Virus record (IMG/VR): IMGVR_UViG_3300025133_000022
Span: 96,001 to 160,000 of that record
DNA length: 64,000 nt
Strand: one strand, 5' to 3'
DNA from: a virus
The stretch's first letter is position 1; every line of letters begins with the position of its first letter. Both the position numbers and the translations under genes were made by a program. This document shows positions 1 through 8,320 of the stretch, piece by piece. The notes beneath the pieces are model-generated. The model saw nothing but the letters and a program-made list of their open reading frames with translations, ran no database searches and was not told the DNA's origin.

Positions 1-1
1 T

Positions 2-1036
2 ATTATCGCCCTGTGTGATGTAAAAAGCCAATGGGTTGGTCGCACAGATAATCTTCGTGAAGAATTGCTGTCCAAAAAAGCTATCAATTATCATATTCTA
101 ATTGTAAAACTGCTCGACGATGACATAAAAGTTAGCTCGGCAGCATACAATAAATGGCTTCAAGAATGTGAGCTTGAAGGCACACCTACTTTCAAGCTAA
201 GCGACTACGAAGGCAAATCCATAAGAGGCCCTGCAGCTTCACCAAAGACAAGAAATAAAAAAACCGTAAAGAAAGTTTTCAAACTGAAAGCCGACACCTT
301 TGTTTCTCATGTTAGCGCACCAAGTGACAACTATGAAACATACACCGCAGACTTGAAAAACGGTAGCGGGATATGGATGGAAATCTACACATTTCGTCCA
401 GTGCTTAGCACTAATGCGATTCTAAAAGAACAGTTGAGCAACTTGCGTGCCATCGGTATCGATTTGTCTAAAACAGATATCATTGCTGTAAAAACAAAAG
501 AGAAAGAAAAAGTTGGCAAAAAATGGACTCTGTTTGAAGACTGGTACGAGAGCAAGCTTAGTCAATTTGTTAAAAACAGCCCCGATATCGACAAGCTTCT
601 GAAACTTCAAGCTGTCAAACAGTCTGTCAATGAAAGAGCAAGGTACAATTACAGAAATCGCGCAAACAGTCTTGTCAATATTGGCGGATTGCCAAAGACC
701 CATACGCTAGTTAAGTTTTTCAATGAAGTCTGGGAAACCCTAGACGCAAGTGGACAAGCTGACATAAATGAACAAAAGAGACAGAAAATTATCTACAATG
801 CGATTAGTGCATTGCCAGATGACAAACGACCAAAATCAAGCTATAATTTGTATGAAAAACGAACTGCAATTGTAGAACTTTACCCGATGCTTCAACATTC
901 ACAAGTGTTTCAAATCGGGTATTGGGGAGACGGATATTACAAGTCCAACCCAGCCACAGCTGGCGCCATGCCAAAAGACGAAGCAACAAAAGTTGCAGAA
1001 TATATACAACTTGTAGACAAAAGTAAGGAAAAATAA
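2..1036 (+). CDS. rIIA: rIIA-like protein, C-terminal part (5' end outside window)
   Basis: Frame is open from base 2 (IIALCDVKSQW...). Its stop overlaps the ATG of a clear rIIB (TAATG). The call rests mainly on synteny. Confidence 0.6.
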   Translation: MIALCDVKSQWVGRTDNLREELLSKKAINYHILIVKLLDDDIKVSSAAYNKWLQECELEGTPTFKLSDYEGKSIRGPAASPKTRNKKTVKKVFKLKADTFVSHVSAPSDNYETYTADLKNGSGIWMEIYTFRPVLSTNAILKEQLSNLRAIGIDLSKTDIIAVKTKEKEKVGKKWTLFEDWYESKLSQFVKNSPDIDKLLKLQAVKQSVNERARYNYRNRANSLVNIGGLPKTHTLVKFFNEVWETLDASGQADINEQKRQKIIYNAISALPDDKRPKSSYNLYEKRTAIVELYPMLQHSQVFQIGYWGDGYYKSNPATAGAMPKDEATKVAEYIQLVDKSKEK

Positions 1037-2022
1037 TGATCCCAAGAATTATCACTAACACAACAGTCACCATCCACCTAGAAGGTGACATTATCTCAGC
1101 CAATGCTCAGCATCCAGCATTTGATCAAATCAGAGAAGCAGCCTTGGCACAGGATTGGAATCAAGTTCGCACACTAACAAACGTAAGTGAAGCTATTAAA
1201 GTCTGGTCTGACAATGAATTTGAAATCAATGACGACCAGGTTCTATACAATGGAACTCCGGTTCCATCAGAACTTGAAAAACGCATTTTGGCTTTCGTAG
1301 AAAGCAAAGTTGACTTTAGCCACCTGTTGACTTTTTACCGCAAGCTAATCAAGAACCCAAGCCGCAGGTCTGTCCAGCAACTCTACAAGTTTCTTGAGCA
1401 TGAGTCTATTCCAATCGGAGAAGACGGGTGCTTCTACGCATACAAAGCTGTCCGACAAGACTGGATGAGCTACGGAGCTGACAGACGCACTGGCGAAAGA
1501 CAACTCAACAAGATCGGCATGACACCCACCATGCCTAGAAATGAAGTCGACGACGACCCTACTCGTGGTTGCTCTTATGGCTTTCACGTTGGATCCCTTG
1601 CCTATGCTAGTGGCTTCGGCGGCGGCGGCAGCAAGTTGCTTATCTGTCGTATCTCACCTGAAAACGTAGTTAGTGTCCCGCATGACTGCGCGCACCAAAA
1701 ACTGCGTTGCAGTAGCTACACAGTTGTACAAGAATACGTTGGCCCTCTTCCAGATACTTTCTGGAGTCCAAACCAACCTGACTATGACGATGGTGTGTTC
1801 GAGAACTCTCCTACAGACACTCGCATTGCCAGTATCCAAGCAGAGATGGAAGAGTCCGAAGACCAGCTAGAGCGCCTGCAGACAGCGCTAGAAGCTGCAG
1901 AAGACGCTGAGGTAGGGCAGACAGTACTAAACGGTCTGCTGAACGCCATGACGGATGTTGAAGGCATCCTTCAGCGTCTAGAAACAGATCTAGCTAGCTT
2001 AAATGAGCCCTACGAGGGTTGA
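1036..2022 (+). CDS. rIIB: rIIB-like protein
   Basis: Motifs KNPSRRSVQQLYKFLEH, GCFYAYKAVRQD, MPRNEVDDDP, CSYGFHVGS and ISPENVVSVP are typical of rIIB. Confidence 0.9.
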   Translation: MIPRIITNTTVTIHLEGDIISANAQHPAFDQIREAALAQDWNQVRTLTNVSEAIKVWSDNEFEINDDQVLYNGTPVPSELEKRILAFVESKVDFSHLLTFYRKLIKNPSRRSVQQLYKFLEHESIPIGEDGCFYAYKAVRQDWMSYGADRRTGERQLNKIGMTPTMPRNEVDDDPTRGCSYGFHVGSLAYASGFGGGGSKLLICRISPENVVSVPHDCAHQKLRCSSYTVVQEYVGPLPDTFWSPNQPDYDDGVFENSPTDTRIASIQAEMEESEDQLERLQTALEAAEDAEVGQTVLNGLLNAMTDVEGILQRLETDLASLNEPYEG

Positions 2023-2039
2023 TTCACAACCCTAAAAAC

Positions 2040-2072
2040 AAGGGTCGGGTCCTACGGGACCCGGCCTTTTCT
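2040..2072 (+). terminator. Rho-independent terminator
   Basis: AGGGTCGGGTCC-TACG-GGACCCGGCCTT followed by TT-CT. It is a GC-rich stem with a cUACGg tetraloop just after rIIB. Confidence 0.9.
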
Positions 2073-2128
2073 AATTAAGAAATCAAATGGAGCAACACTC
2101 TGAACCCATTCAGCCATCAGGAATCTAA

Positions 2129-2452
2129 ATGACACATAGCATGTATATTAAGACTAAAAACTATTCCAAATGCAAAATCGTTTACGAAATCCACAGTCAC
2201 TACATCAAATTCGACATCCAAGAAACAACCAACGACACTTGGAAGACAGTCATCAAAGGCAGTATCAAGTGGGATGGCTGCAGCAACTTTAAATACAAAG
2301 ACACCACTCATTACTGCGGCTTCGCAGAAGCTCAACACTGGCTGGACATTCTACACTGCTGTTACTACATCTGTGAACAGGAGATGCCTGGCTGGGATAG
2401 TCTGGGCGAAGAATCCAGCTGGCCAGAAGGATACAAACGACATGACGCTTGA
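2129..2452 (+). CDS. hypothetical protein
   Basis: 107-aa ORF, coupled to the next ORF. Confidence 0.65.
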   Translation: MTHSMYIKTKNYSKCKIVYEIHSHYIKFDIQETTNDTWKTVIKGSIKWDGCSNFKYKDTTHYCGFAEAQHWLDILHCCYYICEQEMPGWDSLGEESSWPEGYKRHDA

Positions 2453-2732
2453 TGAATTGCAAATTGTAGCAGATACAGCATGGATTACGCTGGGACCCGA
2501 TGGCTTTGGAGTCGTAGTTGCTAACGAGCCTTTGCTTGATGGGTTTAGAGTTGAGGTGACTGGTTTCGAAGGAAGTACTATGTACCACTTCTCAGAAACA
2601 GTGTCACGATACAAAATAGAACAACGACGAGGGAACACTCGTTACAATTACATTCGAGAAACAGTAGCTCGCATTCGCAAAGCTATTACTGATCTACGAA
2701 CATCCCAGATCTTACAAAATCTGGGAGAATAA
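2442..2732 (+). CDS. hypothetical protein
   Basis: Start re-set to ATG 2442 (MTLDELQ...), which overlaps the previous gene and has an AAGGA RBS upstream. Confidence 0.65.
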   Translation: MTLDELQIVADTAWITLGPDGFGVVVANEPLLDGFRVEVTGFEGSTMYHFSETVSRYKIEQRRGNTRYNYIRETVARIRKAITDLRTSQILQNLGE

Positions 2733-2763
2733 TCGCCGGCGGGCAGTAAACGCAAGGAGAAGC

Positions 2764-3051
2764 ATGACTGAAGAGCAAATTGATATCATCATTCGTACGC
2801 TAACTTCCTCTCTTCCTGACATGAATTACACTGTCGCATTTGACCTTGGCGACCAAATGCTAGCTGTAGCTGTTTGTGCTAGACACAAAGACACTATCTA
2901 CATGGTCACAGACCAATCGTCACGCATGAGAATCAGAGCAGAACACAGCAACAGAATTCAAGCATATGTAAACCACCTTACACAGGTAGTAACAGAACTT
3001 TACAAAGAGCTGGCAGAACAAATTATACTAGAGGGCAGCCACAATGAGTAA
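2764..3051 (+). CDS. hypothetical protein
   Basis: AAGGAG RBS; 95 aa. Confidence 0.7.
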   Translation: MTEEQIDIIIRTLTSSLPDMNYTVAFDLGDQMLAVAVCARHKDTIYMVTDQSSRMRIRAEHSNRIQAYVNHLTQVVTELYKELAEQIILEGSHNE

Positions 3052-3274
3052 CTGGAACAACGACTCAACCAAAGACGAACTGCAAGCCGAACTTGTCCGA
3101 CTAGAAAGACTGCACGAACGAAACAGATCCAAGTACCTAGAACTGCAAGCCAAAGTTAAGAAATTACAAGCAGAAAACAAAGAACTCAAAACCAAACTAG
3201 GCAAAGAGCAAGACGCCAATCTCGATAAAAGCACCCTGCATTTTTCGGATCTGTTTGGAGGTTTTAAATTTTGA
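3044..3274 (+). CDS. small coiled-coil protein
   Basis: Heptad-like LQAELVRLERLHERN...LQAKVKKLQAENKELKTKL; overlaps its neighbours. Confidence 0.7.
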   Translation: MSNWNNDSTKDELQAELVRLERLHERNRSKYLELQAKVKKLQAENKELKTKLGKEQDANLDKSTLHFSDLFGGFKF

Positions 3275-4599
3275 GCAACTTCGTACACTTGCACATGCAC
3301 ACCGAATACAGCACACTCGATGGCATCAACAGGATTGAAACTCTGCCCGACCACATCATAAGCTTGGGTCAGAAAGCCGTGGCTATCACAGACCACGGCA
3401 ACATCAGCGGCAGCTACAAATTTGCCAAGAGCTGTAGAGCCAAGGGCATCAAGCCTATCATTGGCCTAGAAGCCTATTACACTCCACATGACGCAGCAGT
3501 GCGCGAACTAGACGATCTGGGAAAGAGGTACTATCACATGGTGCTCCTGGCCAAGAACGGAGTAGGCTTGAAGAACCTCCGATGGCTAAGCACCAAGGCG
3601 TTTACTCAGGGCTTCTACGCGAAGCCACGATTGGACGATCGCATCATTGCTGATCACTCAGAAGGCATCATTGCTACAAGCGCATGCCTGGGAAGTAGGA
3701 TCAGTCAGCTGATTCTAAACGACCGTAAGGTCGAAGCAGAAAAAATGCTACTGCACCACAATGCGATATTTAAAGACAGCTTCTTCATCGAAGTACAGTT
3801 ACACCCCATGGGTGAGCAACAGCTAGTCAACCAAGTGTTGTTAGACATTGCGAAGAGGCACAGTCTGCCGCTCATCCTTACAAACGACTGCCACTACACT
3901 CACGAGCAAGACAAACTGCTGCACGAAAAGGCACTATGCATGAGTACTAATGCCAAAATGAGTGATCCACCATGGGACCCTGAACGCAAAGCCAAGGGTC
4001 TTACTGGAAAGACCCGATTTAGTTTCGGGCCCATCGATGTACATGTAGCACACCATGACTGGATGTGGAAACATGCACAAGCTCAAGGAATTCCCTATGA
4101 AGCAATTAGTAACACTGCTGCAGTGGCAGACAGTATCCGTGATGATCAATACTTCATGGATATTCGTAACAGATATCCCCGCTATCAGCATGTTGACACT
4201 GGGGAAACTAGCTGGAACGCTTTAGAGTACTTAGCAAAAGAACTTCTTTGGAAAAAAATGAACGGTCAAGTACCAGAAGTCTATCGAAATCGCATGGATC
4301 ATGAACTTGGAATCATTAAAAAAATGGGGTTCTCTGACTATTTGCTTATTGTTCATCAATTTTTAGAAGGGGCTCGGAAAGAAGATGTCTTTATTGGTCC
4401 AGGTCGAGGTAGTGCTGCCGGAAGTCTAGTCAGCTACGCACTGGGTATCACCCAAGTGGATCCAATCAAATACGGACTTGTATTTGAACGTTGGCTTAAC
4501 TACGGTCGTGCTGCTCAGCCAATTTTATTTGACCAACACATGGTGCAGCAAATCAAGAGCATGACACCTGTAAAAGCGCCATGCTCTCATAGTCATTAA
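3271..4599 (+). CDS. dnaE: DNA polymerase III alpha (DnaE), N-terminal fragment: PHP domain plus start of palm
   Basis: TTG start after a GGAGG RBS. Motifs HLHMHTEYSTLDG, TDHGN, GLEAY, YHMVLLAKN, SACLG, TNDCHY, GPGRGSAAGSLVSYALGIT and FERWLNYGR. Stops 29 aa later, before PDIDID. Confidence 0.95.
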   Translation: MSNFVHLHMHTEYSTLDGINRIETLPDHIISLGQKAVAITDHGNISGSYKFAKSCRAKGIKPIIGLEAYYTPHDAAVRELDDLGKRYYHMVLLAKNGVGLKNLRWLSTKAFTQGFYAKPRLDDRIIADHSEGIIATSACLGSRISQLILNDRKVEAEKMLLHHNAIFKDSFFIEVQLHPMGEQQLVNQVLLDIAKRHSLPLILTNDCHYTHEQDKLLHEKALCMSTNAKMSDPPWDPERKAKGLTGKTRFSFGPIDVHVAHHDWMWKHAQAQGIPYEAISNTAAVADSIRDDQYFMDIRNRYPRYQHVDTGETSWNALEYLAKELLWKKMNGQVPEVYRNRMDHELGIIKKMGFSDYLLIVHQFLEGARKEDVFIGPGRGSAAGSLVSYALGITQVDPIKYGLVFERWLNYGRAAQPILFDQHMVQQIKSMTPVKAPCSHSH

Positions 4600-5318
4600 G
4601 TAGGTATGGCAACCCAGCCATCTCGTACAGTGAAAGTGACACTCTTTACATAGCCTGAATTGTCATGAAACATAACTCTTGCATCATTGGGAGCAGTTAT
4701 GCTTCCGATGCTTAAGCTCATTGTCTCCTGGCTTAATATATTCTCATCGGAATCAAGAAGGCATGCCATCACGGAAACTTCTGCTGCAGAATCTACATAC
4801 CAGTAGACTAGCAATGCAGAAGGCTCCGTGCTTTGTTCGTCATCCCCACCGGAGCCAACATTACCGACACCACTGGTAATCGAGGCTTCCCAGTCACCTC
4901 CACTGTGTTTGAAAGCCCAAGCGTTAACCCAGGTCGTGCTAAACTTTAAACCTATCCCAATGGCGGCATTAGACCATGTCCCAGTAATATCACTTAAATT
5001 CAATCTAGTGATGTACATAAACTGATCAGCATCCCAAGTGCCGTCAACACCTGGGTCAAGCTGCACGGCTAAACTTTGACTTGAAAGAACTGAGTGTGCT
5101 GTAGCGTTTGTGGTCAGGGTATTCGAAGTACCGAGACTGCTACTATCAAGTGCCCCTTGGGTATCGGTGATAGTGTTGCCAACAAGATCTCTGTTTGAAA
5201 GAGTGGCCGCTGGGCTTCCACCCCCGCCAGAAGCAGTAGTATCATTAAGAGCCTCTCCTGAGAGAGGCCCTCCACCAGTTACTGTAACTTGTACCTTACT
5301 ATTGGTTGGACCCGACAT
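4596..5318 (-). CDS. hypothetical Ser/Thr/Gly-rich, beta-rich protein (possibly virion-associated)
   Basis: 240-aa ORF, third of a tightly packed - strand trio inside the dnaE break. Confidence 0.75.
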   Translation of the reverse strand: MSGPTNSKVQVTVTGGGPLSGEALNDTTASGGGGSPAATLSNRDLVGNTITDTQGALDSSSLGTSNTLTTNATAHSVLSSQSLAVQLDPGVDGTWDADQFMYITRLNLSDITGTWSNAAIGIGLKFSTTWVNAWAFKHSGGDWEASITSGVGNVGSGGDDEQSTEPSALLVYWYVDSAAEVSVMACLLDSDENILSQETMSLSIGSITAPNDARVMFHDNSGYVKSVTFTVRDGWVAIPT

Positions 5319-5321
5319 GCA

Positions 5322-5729
5322 TCACCAACAAACGATAGTGATCGTACTGCCAGAACTCAGACTTAAGGCATCAATTTGCAAACTAGCAACATTTAAACCT
5401 TCTGCAGTCTCAAGAACAGTACTCCCAGTGCTTTGATAACTAGGAAAGCCACCAGCCCAAATCTCAATAATAGGGTTGTTGTAGATCCCATACATTTGAT
5501 CAGTCTTGCTAAAAGCTTCATCAGCTCGACGCTTCTTATGAATGCGTTGGAGATTGTTCAGCGTGTAGTCAATTGTGTCGGCAGCATCTGTCATGATGAA
5601 TTGTAGACGCCTTGCTGGGCGTCCAAGAACATTGGTGAAATCAATTTGATCACCAGCAGCAACTGCAGTAATCTCAGCACTTCGCTGAGAGCTTGGAATA
5701 GATTTGGAAACAGGCGTATAAGTTGCCAT
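5322..5729 (-). CDS. hypothetical protein (possibly virion-associated)
   Basis: 135 aa with a strong TAAGGAG RBS. Confidence 0.8.
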   Translation of the reverse strand: MATYTPVSKSIPSSQRSAEITAVAAGDQIDFTNVLGRPARRLQFIMTDAADTIDYTLNNLQRIHKKRRADEAFSKTDQMYGIYNNPIIEIWAGGFPSYQSTGSTVLETAEGLNVASLQIDALSLSSGSTITIVCW

Positions 5730-5731
5730 CG

Positions 5732-5749
5732 TAAAACTCCTTAAGGATT
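5732..5749. repeat. 18-nt dispersed repeat, copy 1 (stop codon plus RBS junction)
   Basis: TAAAACTCCTTAAGGATT is identical to 46491-46508 and contains the palindrome TCCTTAAGGA. Confidence 0.85.
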
Positions 5750-6235
5750 GTTAATGATTAGTGGTGCGGAATCATAATGCACATCAACAAAACCAACTGG
5801 AGTCCCAGTCATTTTCGCTGTTGCTTGCAAAAAGAAATAATCGCCAGCTTCAGTAAGCCGCGCATCTTCACTTGTAAATGAAAAATTGGCAAAACCGCCA
5901 TCGCCAGCACCACCTGCAAGAGTACAGGTAGCAATACGAACAAATGCAGCATTGCGAAAGCGATATATTTCAAGATCATACTGCCCACCACTGCCATCGC
6001 TCATTAAATGAAAGTGAATGCTAGACATACGAAGAGCACTATCGACTCCAACACGGCCATAATTCGCAGCAGCAGCCCAGCTAAAAGTATTTGGTTGCCC
6101 AAGGACCGAATCTTTATCAACAGGATCGTTAAACCATTCAACCCCAGGCTGATAGGCAAGGGCAGTCATACTAAAACGAAGCTCACCAATAGTGTTTCCG
6201 TCAATAGTAATTCCTGTCATATAGTCAACAGGCAT
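5741..6235 (-). CDS. hypothetical beta-sandwich-like protein (possibly virion-associated)
   Basis: 164 aa with a GGAG RBS. Alternating beta-strand pattern (SIHFHL, YDLEIYRF, DYFFLQA). Confidence 0.8.
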   Translation of the reverse strand: MPVDYMTGITIDGNTIGELRFSMTALAYQPGVEWFNDPVDKDSVLGQPNTFSWAAAANYGRVGVDSALRMSSIHFHLMSDGSGGQYDLEIYRFRNAAFVRIATCTLAGGAGDGGFANFSFTSEDARLTEAGDYFFLQATAKMTGTPVGFVDVHYDSAPLIINNP

Positions 6236-6243
6236 CGAAACTC

Positions 6244-6262
6244 CAAATTATATTTAATATTA
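6244..6262 (-). promoter_or_regulatory. putative -10-only/late-type promoter for the inverted three-gene cassette
   Basis: On the - strand, TAATATTAAATATAATTTG lies directly upstream of the GGAG RBS. It contains TATAAT and a TATAAATA-like TATTAAATA. No -35 was seen. Confidence 0.35.
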
Positions 6263-6295
6263 CCCACATCACCAACCGGGAGACCGAGCAAATCT

Positions 6296-7480
6296 ATGAA
6301 AAAACTAATTAACAAAATCAAAACCCACTATAACCAAAACCGATTGGCACTTGTCGATCAAGATTTTCTATCCTTTGAAGAAGATCTTAGCACAAATCAA
6401 GATCTAGAGCTAGTAGAACTAGCCCTAACACATAATCTCAAATTTGTAGAAAACCCAACCAATAGCATCATCTTGTACCTAACTGGTCTTACTGACCAGT
6501 TCGACAATGAGAAAGCTAGAGCTGACACGAGAGGTGGCTCTCCCCCTGACATTGACATCGACTTTGAAGCCCTTGGTAGAGACAAGGCGGTCGATTGGGT
6601 GGTTGAAGAGTGGGGGCGAAATCATGTTGCAAACATTATGACCCAAGGCACCTTTAAGCCCAAGAGTCTTACAAGAAGATTTTTCAAGATCACTGAGGGA
6701 GACCAAGAAGTCATGAGAGAAATCCTTCGAATGATCCCGCCCCCACACTTTGGCAAAGAACCAAAGTTAAAAGAAATCATTGAAGGTAACAAAGACAAGG
6801 GCTATGTAGCCCATCCAGAACTAGCTACTGCTCACAAGTACAAGGAATGGTATGAATTCACCAAGAAACTGGAAGGAATGGTTGCTAACTTTGGCATCCA
6901 CGCAGCTGGAATCGTTATCAGCGACTTCCCCATCCCAGACACCATTCCCTGCTGGAAAAACAGCAAGAGCGAATTCATTACCCAATACGACATGCACGAA
7001 GTTGAAGAACTAGGAAGCATCAAGTTTGACTTCCTGGTAATCAACAATCTAGACATCCTGAAAGAATGCGTACGACTTATTAAACTAAGACACAACATCG
7101 AATACGATATTTATAATGTGCCTGACGGAGATGAAAAGGCTTACGAACTCATGGCTCAAGGACTGCTAACCGGCGTCTTTCAAATGGAGACCAGTGGATC
7201 AGCCAAAAAACTGATCCAACGCATCAAGCCTACCAACTTAGAAGAACTTAGCGACATTAACGCATTGAATCGACCTGGACCAATGGAAGCAGGTCTAGAC
7301 GAAGCCTATGTAGTAAACAAGACCAATGGCTACGCTCCCAAGGACATGCCTCCTGCTCTTGCAGAAATTCTAAAAGGAACCTATTGGACTCTGGTGTATC
7401 AAGAGCAAATCATGCGACTGGTATCCGAACTGGCAGGATTCACGCTTCAAGAGGCAGATGACGTTAGACGAGCAATGGGT
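6296..7480 (+). CDS. dnaE: DnaE second gene, exon 1 (catalytic palm, thumb, part of fingers)
   Basis: ATG 6296 with GGGAG upstream. Motifs PPDIDIDF, GIHAAGIVIS, TQYDM, IKFDFL, GVFQME, ALNRPGP, LVYQEQIM and EADDVRRAMG. Confidence 0.93.
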
Positions 7481-7508
7481 TGACAACACTTTAGCATAGC
7501 GCTATGGT
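7480..7508 (+). promoter_or_regulatory. sigma70-type promoter for the intron endonuclease
   Basis: TTGACA (7480-7485), a 17-nt spacer, then TATGGT (7503-7508). Confidence 0.7.
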
Positions 7509-7526
7509 ACTTCATACAAGGAGTAC
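7507..7526 (+). promoter_or_regulatory. RBS-sequestering hairpin upstream of endonuclease ATG
   Basis: GTACTTC-ATACAA-GGAGTAC pairs over the GGAG Shine-Dalgarno. The ATG is at 7529. Confidence 0.65.
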
Positions 7527-7528
7527 TT

Positions 7529-8320
7529 ATGCAAACCAAAATCACAGATGAAAAGAAGCTAGAAATTGCTCTAGCTTACCAGCAGGGTCAAAGTACAATA
7601 GAGATTGCAAACAACTACGGCTGCTCGACTACCATAGTTTACAGAGCTCTGAAACTGCTTGAGACTCCTAGGAGAACTGGTGGCCATCAGCCACCAAACT
7701 TCAAAGATACTTACTTTGACCAGATCAACACAGAGGAAAAAGCCTACTTCCTAGGCTTAATCATCGCAGACGGAAGCGTATGTCAGCCCTCCAGGGGCGG
7801 TCAAAAAATTTTCCAGTTGGAACTCCTTGAGCAAGACAACAAGCTCATTGCCCAACTCTGCCAAGAACTCCAATACCCTCTGTCCAGGATTAAAACTTAC
7901 CAGCGAACAGGCAGATCAGCTACAAGCAAAGTCTCAATTACCTCAAACCAACTAGCTAAAAGCCTAGCAAAATACGGAGTGGTTGCAGACAAAGCCCCTT
8001 GGACTGAACTACCCACAATAGACGCAAGCCTGATGAGACATGCTCTTAGAGGACTGTACGATGGCGATGGAAGTATTGCCAAGTACAGACTCGTACTGAC
8101 AGCAGGCAACACAGTGATTCTAAACCAAGTGCGTGACCATCTGATCAGCACCTTAAGCCTGAATCCAAAAGCCATTAGAATCTACAAAACAGGAGAAAGA
8201 GCCTGGGCTCTTTCTATCAACAGAAAGCTGGAAAGACAATCTGTGATGAAGCACCTCTACCAAGATGCTTCTGTCGCTATGCAAAGAAAAGCCCGCTGGC
8301 TGGGCAACCAGTCAGAATAA
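7529..8320 (+). CDS. intron-encoded LAGLIDADG homing endonuclease with N-terminal HTH
   Basis: Two motifs, AYFLGLIIADGS and RHALRGLYDGDGS. N-terminal HTH-like YQQGQSTIEIANNYGCSTTIVYRAL. Confidence 0.92.
   Translation: MQTKITDEKKLEIALAYQQGQSTIEIANNYGCSTTIVYRALKLLETPRRTGGHQPPNFKDTYFDQINTEEKAYFLGLIIADGSVCQPSRGGQKIFQLELLEQDNKLIAQLCQELQYPLSRIKTYQRTGRSATSKVSITSNQLAKSLAKYGVVADKAPWTELPTIDASLMRHALRGLYDGDGSIAKYRLVLTAGNTVILNQVRDHLISTLSLNPKAIRIYKTGERAWALSINRKLERQSVMKHLYQDASVAMQRKARWLGNQSE

Noticed and set aside
6008-6295. ORF-track 5' extension of the second dnaE gene
   Set aside because: It lies antisense to the 5741-6235 gene and has no DnaE similarity. ATG 6296 has an RBS.
4507-6529. A second group I intron removing the whole cassette (formal U|...G| boundaries at 4506 and 6529 would give NYG-RGGSPPDID)
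   Set aside because: No P/Q/R/S core was found. The interval is filled with full-length ORFs, and both dnaE halves extend as plausible coding sequence with their own stop and RBS. RT-PCR would settle it.
4500-6550. Split intein joining the two dnaE genes
   Set aside because: No Cys/Ser-initiated Hint N-terminal block follows FERWLNYGR, and no His-Asn followed by Cys/Ser/Thr precedes PDIDID. The terminal CSHSH is at the wrong end to be an intein motif.
7481-7483. TGA readthrough, recoding or an alternative genetic code in dnaE
   Set aside because: Fully explained by the group I intron. Long ORFs elsewhere end normally at TAA, TAG and TGA.
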